A DNA stretch of 40,908 nt from Kipferlia bialata. Taxonomy: Eukaryota. The notes under the pieces are model-generated. The model did not search any database and was not told the origin of the DNA. It saw only the letters and a program-made list of their open reading frames with translations. Of this stretch, positions 40,908-40,908 are shown one piece after another (position 1 is the stretch's first letter; each line of letters opens with the position of its first letter). Location of the stretch: NCBI GenBank assembly GCA_003568945.1, contig BDIP01000032.1, positions 1-40,908 of the forward strand. Reading direction: 5' to 3'. A program made the translations under genes and the position numbers.

Positions 40908-40908
<1 letters not shown>

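Overview
This is intron-dense eukaryotic nuclear DNA, not prokaryotic, so most ORF-track entries are microsatellite noise. Short GC-rich exons sit in (TA)n/(CT)n-rich GT-AG introns whose acceptor is a fused branch/acceptor motif (YTNAC-CCCC-AG). That architecture and the E/G/R-rich proteins suggest a free-living fornicate such as Kipferlia bialata (inference). Manual splicing gives five genes: (1) a large divergent gelsolin-superfamily protein, + <32..15061; (2) an unknown helical/ARM-like protein with a C-terminal TM tail, + 15352..21181; (3) a 7TM THH1/TOM1/TOM3-like protein, + 21792..26087; (4) a paralog of gene 2 without the TM tail, + 26375..31762; (5) a class I cyclic-nucleotide phosphodiesterase with a long N-terminal region, - 32134..>40831. 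The standout feature is pervasive 'exon echoes'. Introns carry partial copies of the adjacent exon with strict polarity: acceptor plus 5' part upstream, 3' part plus donor downstream. These apparently unusable copies differ from the real exon mostly at synonymous sites, and some breakpoints carry fold-back palindromes.
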